Origin: Candidatus Woesebacteria bacterium
GTDB taxonomy: Bacteria > Patescibacteriota > Microgenomatia > UBA1400 > PJMF01
NCBI GenBank assembly: GCA_050123235.1
Contig: JASFHL010000002.1
Span: forward strand, 15,326-79,325
DNA: 64,000 bases
Reading direction: 5' to 3'
Position numbers and translations under genes: made by a program. Positions 50,530-59,911 of the stretch are shown here, in pieces (position 1 is the first letter of the stretch; the number at the start of each line of letters is the position of its first letter). The notes beneath the pieces were generated by a model. That model did no database searches. It had not been told where the DNA came from and saw nothing but the letters and a program-made list of their open reading frames with translations.

Positions 50530-51018
50530 TTATTTTATTTTATATACTATATAAGTTATCTTCCCCGCAGGTGCTTCTACCTCTACTGTATCGCCCTTCT
50601 TCTTGCCAGATAAGGCTTTACCTAAAGGTGAAACACTAGAGATTTTACCCTCATTAGGATCTGATTCAAATTCACCTACAATTTGAAAAGTAAACTTCTT
50701 ATTCTTTTTGCCCTTTAAATACAAAACCACTGTTGAACCCAAACCAACTTTTGTGAGACTTTTAGTTTGTCTAACTACTTTAGCCTTGGCAAGCACCTCA
50801 TTAATCTGGTCAATTCTTGATTCAATAATAGCTTGGTCATCTTTAGCATTCTGATAATCACTGTTCTCACTTAAATCACCTTGTTCCCTTGCTGCTGCCA
50901 CTCTTTTAATTACCTTTGGTAATTTTTCTTCCACCAATACTCTTAACTCTTCTTTAAGTTCTTCAAGACCTTCCTTAGTTAGCTCTATAGTTTGTTTGTT
51001 TTGTTGTTTATCTGACAT
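50530..51018 (-). CDS. greA: Transcription elongation factor GreA
   Basis: LTKEG, AREQGDLSENSDY, ISSVSPLGKAL. Confidence 0.96.
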   Translation of the reverse strand: MSDKQQNKQTIELTKEGLEELKEELRVLVEEKLPKVIKRVAAAREQGDLSENSDYQNAKDDQAIIESRIDQINEVLAKAKVVRQTKSLTKVGLGSTVVLYLKGKKNKKFTFQIVGEFESDPNEGKISSVSPLGKALSGKKKGDTVEVEAPAGKITYIVYKIK

Positions 51019-51086
51019 AACTTAAAGTAGTATAAATTGTTTTCTGGAGCTGACAAGGGGAACTTACGATTCAATAAAAATTGTTT

Positions 51087-52958
51087 CTACTCGGCTAAGA
51101 CAATGACCAGATCAAAATTTTCCTCTGGATCTTCAACTCCAATTTCATCTGAATAATTAAGCTTTAAATCAGTAGCTTCTTCCAGCAATTCTTCTAAACT
51201 AGAATTTTCCTCTGCCATCAAAAGATGAAAACCATCTTCATAGTCACCTTTAGCATTGCGAGCTGTAACCTTGCTAAAATCTGCTGCTTCTAATTTCTTT
51301 TTTATTTTACCGGCATAACCAGAGGTGGTAGTAGCATTAACTACCAAAATTTTAATCTTATCTTTTTCAATTTCTGGCTCAGGAGTCGGAATAGCAGTTG
51401 GTTCTGGGGTAGGGGAAGCTTCAGCTACTACCACCGGACTAGAAACTTGTTCTGAATCTTTATTTGTTAGAGATAAAATTCCTAAACCTAAACCCACACC
51501 AATTGCTACAGTAACACTAAAACTTGCCAAAGCAATGAAAAACATCTTAAGCATGTTATTTACACCTGCTTTGTTTTTAATAACGAATTTTTTCTCTGCT
51601 TTGTCTTCCTTATCCGAAGCAGTTTTTTCTTCTGTTTTAGCTTTATCATCACTCTTCTTTGCTTCAGACTCTCCTTCAATAAATTGCTTTAAATCCACTT
51701 CTTCAAATGATTTAAGAGTTTCATTGGCTTCTTTAAAATCTAATTTCTTTTCTTTAATTTCAGATTTTTCAACTTTTGATTCTTCCTTAACAGTCTCTTT
51801 TACAGTTGCTGTAACAGCAGTGGGAATGCTTGATTCTTTGATTTCAGCTATATCAGCTGCAATTATTTCAGGCTTTTTTTCTTTTGATTCTTTGGGATCT
51901 AGGGATTCTACCTTACTTTCAGCTTCACTCTCTTCTTCTAAAGCAAGTTTTTTCCCTTCTAAGGCAATCGCTGAATCAGAGGCACTAGGCTTAGGCAAAG
52001 CAGCTGTAGCTGTCACTGTTTCCGCAACTTTGGCTGCTGTCTTTTCAGTTGATTCTTCTTCCGTCTCGGGCTTTTCTTTTTCTTTATCACTAGCAAGCAT
52101 AGCATCTTTTAAAGAAACTTTACTTAAGGCAAAAGTAGGTAATTGATAATCAGGAATAGAAATTGTCTTCATACCTGACTCAATCACTTTTTGCACATAG
52201 GATGGCATCTTAGCATCTTCTTCTTTGAAAGTAGCTAGTTGCTGAATTGGCACAATTTTACTAAGATCATCTTTTAGTTTTTCTTCTACCAAACTACTGG
52301 AGATCAAATATAAAGTTTGAATACTTGGTTCAGCTCCTTTAAGAGTTTTTACTGTTTCTACTAAAGTCTCAGCTTCACTGACAGCTACCTCACGACTTTG
52401 ATCCACCCCAATATAATGTAGAGTAGAGTAAAGTCTATCGCCCATTTGTAAAATAGAAATTGATGGTTCCAGAGAAATAATAGATTTGACAGTCCAACTA
52501 AGTGAATAAATATTTTTAATCTTAACTTTATGCTCACTAACAGCTTGTTTAAGAGGTACTAATAATGATTTTTCTAAAGCTGAAATTTGAACTTTAAAAA
52601 TACCTTTATGTTCTGTCAAAACAGTGGTATCAACTTGATGAGTATCCAAACTTAAACTTAATTCTGGTAATAATTTTTCTTTAAGATATTGCTTAACTTT
52701 ATTTTCACTGCTTTCTTTGACATTAACAATCGTATTGGTAAACAAAAAATCTGGTAAAACTAATGAATATTCACCTTCCTCAACTTTAGCAGCCAGTTTC
52801 ATCACATTGTCAGCAATAAATTCGTTATCATCCAAAAACTTACCATTGACTTGTCTAAAACTTTGAATTTGGAAACTATGAGCTTGTTTAGCTGGTAAAA
52901 GCTCAACAATATAAGCAACGTCAGGAAGAATATAAAGTAATTTTTCTGTATTTAACAT
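51087..52958 (-). CDS. Membrane protein: PilM/GspL-like cytoplasmic domain, charged linker, TM, LytR_C domain
   Basis: C-terminal ILVVNATTTSGYA...DLVIVL is LytR_C-like; TM at about aa 472-497; N-terminal pattern resembles PilM. Confidence 0.65.
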   Translation of the reverse strand: MLNTEKLLYILPDVAYIVELLPAKQAHSFQIQSFRQVNGKFLDDNEFIADNVMKLAAKVEEGEYSLVLPDFLFTNTIVNVKESSENKVKQYLKEKLLPELSLSLDTHQVDTTVLTEHKGIFKVQISALEKSLLVPLKQAVSEHKVKIKNIYSLSWTVKSIISLEPSISILQMGDRLYSTLHYIGVDQSREVAVSEAETLVETVKTLKGAEPSIQTLYLISSSLVEEKLKDDLSKIVPIQQLATFKEEDAKMPSYVQKVIESGMKTISIPDYQLPTFALSKVSLKDAMLASDKEKEKPETEEESTEKTAAKVAETVTATAALPKPSASDSAIALEGKKLALEEESEAESKVESLDPKESKEKKPEIIAADIAEIKESSIPTAVTATVKETVKEESKVEKSEIKEKKLDFKEANETLKSFEEVDLKQFIEGESEAKKSDDKAKTEEKTASDKEDKAEKKFVIKNKAGVNNMLKMFFIALASFSVTVAIGVGLGLGILSLTNKDSEQVSSPVVVAEASPTPEPTAIPTPEPEIEKDKIKILVVNATTTSGYAGKIKKKLEAADFSKVTARNAKGDYEDGFHLLMAEENSSLEELLEEATDLKLNYSDEIGVEDPEENFDLVIVLAE

Positions 52959-53089
52959 AGGGCAGATTATAACTTATTCTTTCATTAACTTTAAGATAGA
53001 ATCAATGCCTTTCTTCTATTTTTTATAGTATGAGGAAAAGGAATTAACTTTGCAAGCAGGAATTGTTTATTTTACGTCTAAATTATAGA

Positions 53090-53115
53090 ATATATAAATA
53101 TTGCTATTTATATAT
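53090..53115. promoter_or_regulatory. 11-bp inverted repeat upstream of the paralogue pair (possible operator)
   Basis: ATATATAAATA-ttgc-TATTTATATAT; low complexity. Confidence 0.35.
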
Positions 53116-53149
53116 AAGCAGTTCAATTTATTGAATAGCTTAGATTAAT

Positions 53150-53965
53150 ATGTTCAAGGAAAAAGTAAAAATTATTGGACCTTGTGAACAAAGTTTAAGT
53201 CAAGATCTCCCAGATGGGCTTATAGGTTTTATAATGAAAGCTTATCTACAAGCTACCTCTGCTGTATTTGAAATTCAACCGCGGATGGAGCAAGCCTTAA
53301 GATTCCTCTCCGAAGCTAAGCAATCTGTCTTACTTACTACAGAAAAACACTGTAGTGGCACAGAAATATTGGGAGCTATTCTATTAAGTCCCTTAAGCAA
53401 AGAAAAAGAATATGCTTGGATTAATGATATTTTTTATCATGGAGATGAAGAAATTCTCACTCGATTATGTACTGAAGTATTAAAACAATATCATGGCCTA
53501 GTTACTTGTAGTAATTCGCCAAATATTTTGAATGCACTGATGAGAGTAAAACGTCGCAGTGAAAAAAAATTGGCTTTAAGATGGGGAGACCTTACTTTGA
53601 TACCACCTGTTTTGGGAGAAAGTGGCAAAATAGAACTGCGAGATGATAGATTAGGAGACGAAAAAACAGAATTTCAAAAAGCAATGGAGCATGCAAATGC
53701 AATCATTAATTCAGTTTTATCAAAAACTCTAGGAGAAAAAACAGCTGATTATTTAAAGGGAGGGTCAGTAATTGGATTTCCAGCTAAGATATTCCCGCCA
53801 ATGACTTTAGACAGGATATCACGTTTTCCTTTAAAATTTCATCCATTTGCTGAAGAATTACATCAGTTAGAGCAAGAAGGTATTGAATCAGTATTTACCT
53901 TAGCAGAAGGCTTAATTCCTAGTTCAGCTGCTTCTTTTGTAATTTTGGTAAAAACAGAATCGTAG
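53150..53965 (+). CDS. Hypothetical protein, paralogue of the next ORF (possible GNAT-like fold)
   Basis: Shares W.xDI, GL(V/I)T..N.P, WG, FP..F..FA..L and ASF.IL motifs with 53987..54703. Confidence 0.7.
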   Translation: MFKEKVKIIGPCEQSLSQDLPDGLIGFIMKAYLQATSAVFEIQPRMEQALRFLSEAKQSVLLTTEKHCSGTEILGAILLSPLSKEKEYAWINDIFYHGDEEILTRLCTEVLKQYHGLVTCSNSPNILNALMRVKRRSEKKLALRWGDLTLIPPVLGESGKIELRDDRLGDEKTEFQKAMEHANAIINSVLSKTLGEKTADYLKGGSVIGFPAKIFPPMTLDRISRFPLKFHPFAEELHQLEQEGIESVFTLAEGLIPSSAASFVILVKTES

Positions 53966-53986
53966 ACTGTTATATAATGATTACTT

Positions 53987-54703
53987 ATGTATCAAGAGCG
54001 CATACGTGATCATCGAAGTTTGTTAGGTTTACCTTCTATAGATATACATTTCGGAACAAAAAATCAAAATATTTGGGAGAGGTTGAGCGCTACAGAAAAA
54101 AACGAAGCTGTAGAGACTCTAATGGAGAGTTCCCTTGTTTACGGACATGAACTTGATGCAGAAACTGCCCGATTTCTTTTGATAACTAATAATGAAGCTT
54201 TCTTTTCAGCGCAGCCAACTGGTTTGTCAGATATTCTTCTCTTAGCCCCTATTCCTGGCAATCATAGATGGAGATGGTTAGGAGATATCTGCTCTAATTC
54301 AGACAACCCAAAACTAATTAGAGAAGCCTTTGAATTTTATGATGGCCTAATAACTCTTACTAATAATCCTCTATTGTTAAATATACTGTTTAAACTTAGC
54401 CAAGAAAGAAGATTCGGACTTCTAAAAAAATTCTCTTTTCAATGGGGAAATCAAATTATTGGAGACCCTGAAATGACTTTACCCTTACTTTTAGCTGCAC
54501 TAAAAAGCCAAGGCTATGAATTAACTAATTATCAAAGCAGACAACACTTCTTACCATTTCAAGCTGGGGTTTATCAAGATACTAGGCAATATAATGTTGA
54601 GAGTTTTCCTCCACCCTTTAAGGGATTTGCTCAAATGCTGCAATCAAAAGAGCAGAATGGTTCTAGTATTGCTTCTTTTGCTATTCTTGCAGAGAATAAA
54701 TGA
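53987..54703 (+). CDS. Hypothetical protein, paralogue of the previous ORF
   Basis: Same motif series; TATAAT 8 nt before ATG. Confidence 0.7.
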   Translation: MYQERIRDHRSLLGLPSIDIHFGTKNQNIWERLSATEKNEAVETLMESSLVYGHELDAETARFLLITNNEAFFSAQPTGLSDILLLAPIPGNHRWRWLGDICSNSDNPKLIREAFEFYDGLITLTNNPLLLNILFKLSQERRFGLLKKFSFQWGNQIIGDPEMTLPLLLAALKSQGYELTNYQSRQHFLPFQAGVYQDTRQYNVESFPPPFKGFAQMLQSKEQNGSSIASFAILAENK

Positions 54704-54941
54704 CTTTATTTACTTTTTCTTTTTTTCTTCTTATCTGCCGTTTCTTGTTTTTCCAATAGTTCCCAGACTGCTATTAACCATACTCGTGGATCTATTACAG
54801 ATTATCACAAACTGAGACAGTTAGATTAAAAATGATATAATTACTAAAACAAACTGGAGAACATCCTGGTAATGAATATGCGAATAGAAAATTCATTTCT
54901 TCACGACGCACTCAACCTTTATTTCAAGAAGTAAATTGATA

Positions 54942-54972
54942 AAAATAAAAAATCGAAGCTAAGCTTCGATTT
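54942..54972 (-). terminator. Terminator downstream of tRNA-Lys
   Basis: AAATCGAAGCT/AGCTTCGATTT hairpin followed by a T-rich run on the minus strand. Confidence 0.7.
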
Positions 54973-54977
54973 CTCTA

Positions 54978-55054
54978 TGGTGAGTCCGCCGGGACTCGAA
55001 CCCGGGACGCACAGCTTAAAAGGCTGTCGCTCTAACCAACTGAGCTACGGACCC
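54978..55054 (-). tRNA. tRNA-Lys(TTT), CCA encoded
   Basis: GGGTCCG/CGGACTC acceptor stem, ACAGC-CTTTTAA-GCTGT, GGTTCGAGTCC, ACCA end. Confidence 0.95.
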
Positions 55055-55126
55055 ATGTCTCTAACCCACTTATTATATCTAAAAAATCCTCTAATTTCCT
55101 CAGTTCTTATTCAGTAAAAAACTTAA

Positions 55127-55690
55127 TCACCCCCTAGAAACATACTCCCCACTTTCAGTATCAATAATCAAAGTATCTCCTTGCTTAATAAATAAAGGTG
55201 CTTGCACTATGAGACCAGTCTCCATAGTGACAGGCTTTTTACCTGCTGTTTGTCTGTCACCGGCAATAGCCTCTGCTGCTTTTTTAACTTTCATCTTTAC
55301 TTTGGGTGGTAGACTAACACCAATCGCTTTTCCGTCCAGCAAACTCAAATAAACAGACAATTCTGGTACTAGAAACTTTTCTTTACCTTCTAATAATGAA
55401 CTTGGCACTGAAAGCTGCTCATAAGTCCTCTGATCCATAAACACTATCTCATCACCATCAAGGTAGAGGAACTGCATCTCCTTTGACTCCACATCCAACT
55501 GCTCGATTGTATCATGTGACTTAAAAGCAAACTCAAAAGTTGATCCACTTTTGACATTTCTTAATTTTGTTCTAGTAAAAGCTGAACCTTTACCAGGTGA
55601 AACAAACTTTGTTTGCACTACATAATGAGCCTGATTTTGATAAAGAATATAAGTTCCTTTTTTAATATTACCAGCTTTAATTTTTGGCAT
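55127..55690 (-). CDS. efp: Elongation factor P
   Basis: SPGKGSAF loop, QFLY, ETGL..QAPLFI, YVSR. Confidence 0.96.
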   Translation of the reverse strand: MPKIKAGNIKKGTYILYQNQAHYVVQTKFVSPGKGSAFTRTKLRNVKSGSTFEFAFKSHDTIEQLDVESKEMQFLYLDGDEIVFMDQRTYEQLSVPSSLLEGKEKFLVPELSVYLSLLDGKAIGVSLPPKVKMKVKKAAEAIAGDRQTAGKKPVTMETGLIVQAPLFIKQGDTLIIDTESGEYVSRG

Positions 55691-55783
55691 GAAAGTAATT
55701 TTAACTTAATTATTAAATCTTGTCATCTTGAAACTGACTGTGAAATAAATGAGTAAGTCTTAAGTTAAGAATTGGTTTTTCTC

Positions 55784-56731
55784 TTACCAACCATTGAGTT
55801 TTAAAGTGATATATATACCATAGAGTGATAAAAGCAGAAGGGACTCTTTTCTTTCCAATCTTTCTCTAGTAAACATAAATAAGACTACTACCACCACTGT
55901 TAATAGCAAAAAAGGCAAATCAAAAGTAACAGCCCTACGATCAACGTTCCAGCCACTAATCACAGCCCCAGAACCAAGCGCCACTAAAATGTCAACAATA
56001 TTGCTGCCAATCAAATTGCCCATTGATAGGCCATCTGCTTTTTTAAGAACGGCACTGATTGAAACAACCATCTCTGGCAAACTAGTACCGATCCCTACCA
56101 GCACAACTCCAATCACATATTGACTCAAACCTAATAAACTAGCAATTTCAATGCCTTTTTCAATCACCAATTGTGAAGATTCTGCTATTATGACTAAACC
56201 CACTGCCAACTGCAATAAAGGTAAAAAAGATTTTGATTTTTCTCTTTTGATTTTTAGCTTTATTTTTTCCAAACTAGACTGCTTTTTTAAAGTAATAAAA
56301 TAAAAAAGATATAGCACAAGAAAAATAAAGCCATCTGTTTTGGAAATCTCTCCATCTAAAGCTAAAACAAAAAAAATAAAAGTACTCAAAATCAAAACCA
56401 AACCGTTATACAAAACTTTTTCTTTTTTCATTTTTAACACTCTGAACAAACCAGCTATACCCATCACTAAAGCTATTTGTCCCATATTAGAACCAATCAC
56501 ATTGCCAACAATAATACCTGATGTCTCTATACCTTGGTTTCTCTCAATAGCTCCAGTTAGTGAAACCATAATTTCAGGAAAATCAGTGCCTATAGCCAAA
56601 ATTGTTAGGCCAACAAAAGTTTCAGAGAGACCTAATTGTCTAGAAATTTTAATTGCCCCACGGATAATTAATTCAGAACCAAACCATAAACCAACTAGCC
56701 CAAGAAAAAATAACAAAAAATAAAGTGGCAT
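55784..56731 (-). CDS. Ca2+/Na+ antiporter (YrbG/CaCA family)
   Basis: Two alpha repeats: GTDFPE...GNVIGSN and GTSLPE...GNLIGSN. Confidence 0.92.
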   Translation of the reverse strand: MPLYFLLFFLGLVGLWFGSELIIRGAIKISRQLGLSETFVGLTILAIGTDFPEIMVSLTGAIERNQGIETSGIIVGNVIGSNMGQIALVMGIAGLFRVLKMKKEKVLYNGLVLILSTFIFFVLALDGEISKTDGFIFLVLYLFYFITLKKQSSLEKIKLKIKREKSKSFLPLLQLAVGLVIIAESSQLVIEKGIEIASLLGLSQYVIGVVLVGIGTSLPEMVVSISAVLKKADGLSMGNLIGSNIVDILVALGSGAVISGWNVDRRAVTFDLPFLLLTVVVVVLFMFTRERLERKESLLLLSLYGIYITLKLNGW

Positions 56732-56859
56732 ATTGCTTATTAAAGCATGAATCAAGGAGGGAGATCAAAGGGAGCTGAGACAGAGTGGTGGACATAGTTT
56801 CTTCTACTTTTGCATTAAGTCCTTGTCTATCTCTGCCATTTTAATTATATAATCATAAT

Positions 56860-57537
56860 ATGGATCTAAGTTCTAAACAAAAACAAGCTTGGATTCTTCG
56901 AGAAGAAGGAGAAGCTGCTAAATCCCTAGCCATCAATTATGGCATCTACTATCAACAAGAGACAGACAAAGATTGGCAGTCGGCTATCAATACCCTCGTA
57001 GATATTTCTCTTAGCTGGTCAGTGCTTGCCAAACAAACAGGCGAGAGTTTATATTTTGAAGCAGCTTTATCGTCAGTACTTCAAGCGAAGAAAATAGCAG
57101 ATTTTCACAGGCTGCCATTAAGAAAAGATTTCAATTTTCACCTTGGCAGAGCTTTAAAAAATGTAGGTCAATATGAACAAGCTCTCCAAGCATTAAATAG
57201 ATTTGTGGATGAGGAGCAAGATAATTTGACAAAAGCTGAATTAGCTGAAGCAAAATCGCAATTAGCTTTTGCCTTAGTTAAAACTGGAAAAAAGAATGAA
57301 GGTTTGAAATTATTGCACCAAAATGTAGGAACTTTGATAAATTGTCCAGCAGAAATCTCAACTCAAGGAAAAGATTTAACAGCCATCAGAAAAGCTGGCG
57401 CTCAAATTAAACTAGCCCAAGTAATTGAAAATAAAACAGAGGCAAAGGAAATTTTAAGAAAAGTAATTCAAGAAACTAAAGAAAAAGGCCTCGGAGCTAG
57501 AACTGCTGAGGCAGAAAAATTGTTGGAAAGTATTTAA
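56860..57537 (+). CDS. TPR-like helical repeat protein
   Basis: FHLGRAL..VGQYEQAL and LAFAL..TGKKNEGL TPR-like units. Confidence 0.6.
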   Translation: MDLSSKQKQAWILREEGEAAKSLAINYGIYYQQETDKDWQSAINTLVDISLSWSVLAKQTGESLYFEAALSSVLQAKKIADFHRLPLRKDFNFHLGRALKNVGQYEQALQALNRFVDEEQDNLTKAELAEAKSQLAFALVKTGKKNEGLKLLHQNVGTLINCPAEISTQGKDLTAIRKAGAQIKLAQVIENKTEAKEILRKVIQETKEKGLGARTAEAEKLLESI

Positions 57538-57545
57538 GACAAAAA

Positions 57546-58604
57546 TCAGCGTTCAAGCTGATATCGCTCAATCTCATTTTTACCCACTCGCTCTTGCGGT
57601 GGAATCAATTTTAATCCTAAATAATTATAAAATTCTTTTTCAGTAGCAAATTTCTTAATCTTGCCAGTTTTTTTATCCTTAATCCCATGCTCAGATAAAG
57701 ATAAGCCTTTAGTCATGGCAAACTCACGCAAGCGGATATTATGTTCCTTGCTGCCGGTAAAATGCTGAACAAAACTACCCCATTCATCAGCAGGCGATAT
57801 TTTCAAATCAACCTGCCAATTATTAGTTAAAACCATTCTAATCATATTATCTCCAGCCACTAATAATCGTTTCACCAACTTGATTTTGCTAATTGCTTTT
57901 TTGAAAGGGGAGACCTGAATTATTACTGCCCCCAAATCAAGATCACCTACTGTCTCAGCTTCTCTTCTCAAGCTACCTAGAAAAATAACTCGTTTAACCT
58001 CAGGCACTTTTAGCATAGCTTGTTTGATTTTTTTAGCCATTTTAAGAGCTCGCTCGCGAGGAATGCGAGCTTTTTTATGCTGCTTTTCTAGCGCTTCAAT
58101 TAATTGAACTTCACTTTTTTCACCAAAACCAGCTAGATTACTTAATTCACCTGCTTTAGTCTTAGCTAATAAATCATTAATCGCTGTAGATGATTTATTT
58201 AACTTAAACTTTTGGCAGAGCTTGAGCGCCTTTTTAGCACCAATGCCATAAAGCTGTACTAGGGGATACATGCCGCCCGGAAATTTGGCAGTATATTTTT
58301 CAAAAGCACGAATATGACCAGTAGTGAATAACTCCACTATCTTGCTAGCAATGCTTTCACCAATTCCTGGCAGTTCATCAAGTTGTTCAATAAATTTATT
58401 TTTGGCAGCTGCTGGATCTTGTTTCTTGAGCTTAGCAAACTCGTCTGCCAACTGATAATCTAACTGATGAATCACCACTCCAGCCTCTTCATATGCTCGC
58501 GCCCGAAAACGATTGGCGCTTTTCAAAGCTAGAATCTCGCCAATAAATTTAAACAGCTTAGCAATTTCATCATTGCTCATCTTTTTGTTTAAAGGTAATT
58601 TCAT
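57546..58604 (-). CDS. polX: DNA polymerase X family, no PHP domain
   Basis: FRARAY, LPGIG HhH, GSLRR..TVGDLD, QVDL, HFTGSKEHN, LSLSEHG, IPPQER. Confidence 0.9.
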   Translation of the reverse strand: MKLPLNKKMSNDEIAKLFKFIGEILALKSANRFRARAYEEAGVVIHQLDYQLADEFAKLKKQDPAAAKNKFIEQLDELPGIGESIASKIVELFTTGHIRAFEKYTAKFPGGMYPLVQLYGIGAKKALKLCQKFKLNKSSTAINDLLAKTKAGELSNLAGFGEKSEVQLIEALEKQHKKARIPRERALKMAKKIKQAMLKVPEVKRVIFLGSLRREAETVGDLDLGAVIIQVSPFKKAISKIKLVKRLLVAGDNMIRMVLTNNWQVDLKISPADEWGSFVQHFTGSKEHNIRLREFAMTKGLSLSEHGIKDKKTGKIKKFATEKEFYNYLGLKLIPPQERVGKNEIERYQLER

Positions 58605-58681
58605 TATCAGTGTCGCTATTTATTGACAAGTCCATTTTACAACTAAATTTGCTTAAAAGCAGGGTGGGAATTGTGGATTTT

Positions 58682-59010
58682 TCAAAAATTACTGCTCGGG
58701 AAATAGACACAAACATTAAAACTGGAATCTTTTAACTCAATCATTTCTTCACTAGAATCTAATAAGGAAAAATACTGTCTAGACAAGTATTTATCTTTGA
58801 ATTTCTCATAATCCTTAACTTCACAATCAAGATATCCCTTCTCTAAATGTTCAGAATCAAATACCCTAACTCGACAATGATCTATTGAGCATAAATTGAA
58901 ACATAATCTATTCCACTTGCTAAATCCTCCTGGTCAACATTACAAGCAAGCATTGCCATCGCTTCAGAAACTATCTTGGTAAATGTAGTAAGAAGTTTTT
59001 TACTTAACAT
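58682..59010 (-). pseudogene. Frameshifted or internally deleted gene remnant
   Basis: 42-aa frame from ATG 59010 (MLSKKLL...DYVSIYAQ*) overlaps a start-less ~68-aa protein-like frame (..HCRVRVFD...YEKFKDKYL...EMIELKD...VYFP*). Confidence 0.55.
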
Positions 59011-59016
59011 CTAAGC

Positions 59017-59511
59017 TTGTGTAAATTTCTGTTTAATTTTATCATTTTTGTGGATGGACAAAGAATAGTGCGAGAAATTATAGAAATGCCAGAGGGTGTT
59101 TTGATTTTGCCTATAACAGATGATGGAAAAATTGTTTTGACCCAGGAATTTCGCCATAATCACGGTTTAACTTATGGTGTACCGATGGGTAAAAAGGACC
59201 CGGACGAAAAACCTTTAGAGGCTGCTAAACGAGAATTAATGGAAGAAGTCGGCTTATCAGCCAAAAAATGGACTCACATCAGTCGACATCACAATGGAAT
59301 TCATGAAGAAGGTCTCAACCACTACTATGTAGCCGAGGGACTAAGTCAAGGCAAAGCCAACCCGGAAGATGATGAATATATTCAACAGATTGAAATGAGT
59401 TTTGAAAACGCTTTCAAGCTTATGAGACAAAATAAAATTGTTGAAGTTAGAAGCCGTGGATGTATTTGGGCGGCATATATTTATATTTTGAGTGGGCAAA
59501 CTTTTTGCTAA
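59017..59511 (+). CDS. ADP-ribose pyrophosphatase-like NUDIX, probably 5'-truncated
   Basis: DG..VREII, IVLTQEFR, PMG...E.PLEAAKRELMEEVG, EDDEYI; only a TTG start and a short N-terminus. Confidence 0.75.
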   Translation: MCKFLFNFIIFVDGQRIVREIIEMPEGVLILPITDDGKIVLTQEFRHNHGLTYGVPMGKKDPDEKPLEAAKRELMEEVGLSAKKWTHISRHHNGIHEEGLNHYYVAEGLSQGKANPEDDEYIQQIEMSFENAFKLMRQNKIVEVRSRGCIWAAYIYILSGQTFC

Positions 59512-59769
59512 AATAATACTAAATAATCTGGATGAGTAAACAATTTAAATTATAAATCATCAAGTAGTACGAACTTCAGTCAAACATTTCATTAATCTAT
59601 TTGTTGAAGTATCACCAAAATCCCCTTGGATCAGTTGTTTCTTGACTTTCTTTAATAATTTAGTTCTCTCTGCTACAAATCGCTTTTCAATGTCTTTAAT
59701 AGCAGAAATATTATTTGATCTAGTTTATATCATTTTATATAAATTACTGTGCATTTCTGTTACTTTTTG

Positions 59770-59840
59770 AGCGGGTGACCAGAATCGAACTGGCCTCTTC
59801 TCCTTGGAAGGGAGATATACTACCGATGTACTACACCCGC
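59770..59840 (-). tRNA. tRNA-Gly(TCC), CCA not encoded
   Basis: GCGGGTG/CACCCGC acceptor stem, TCTCC-CTTCCAA-GGAGA, AGTTCGATTCT. Confidence 0.93.
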
Positions 59841-59911
59841 ATTAAAAACAAAAATTAAAATTTCAAAGTTAACTTTTTAATTTTAACATAAACCAGTCAA
59901 AATCGCCTTTT

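Noticed and set aside
51325-52146. 273-aa plus-strand ORF
   Set aside because: Antisense shadow of the E/K-rich linker of 51087..52958; S/F/L-rich composition is what the reverse complement would give.
54594-54815. 73-aa ORF overlapping the end of 53987..54703
   Set aside because: Overlaps a better ORF, has a TTG start and derives its hydrophobicity from T-rich low-complexity sequence.
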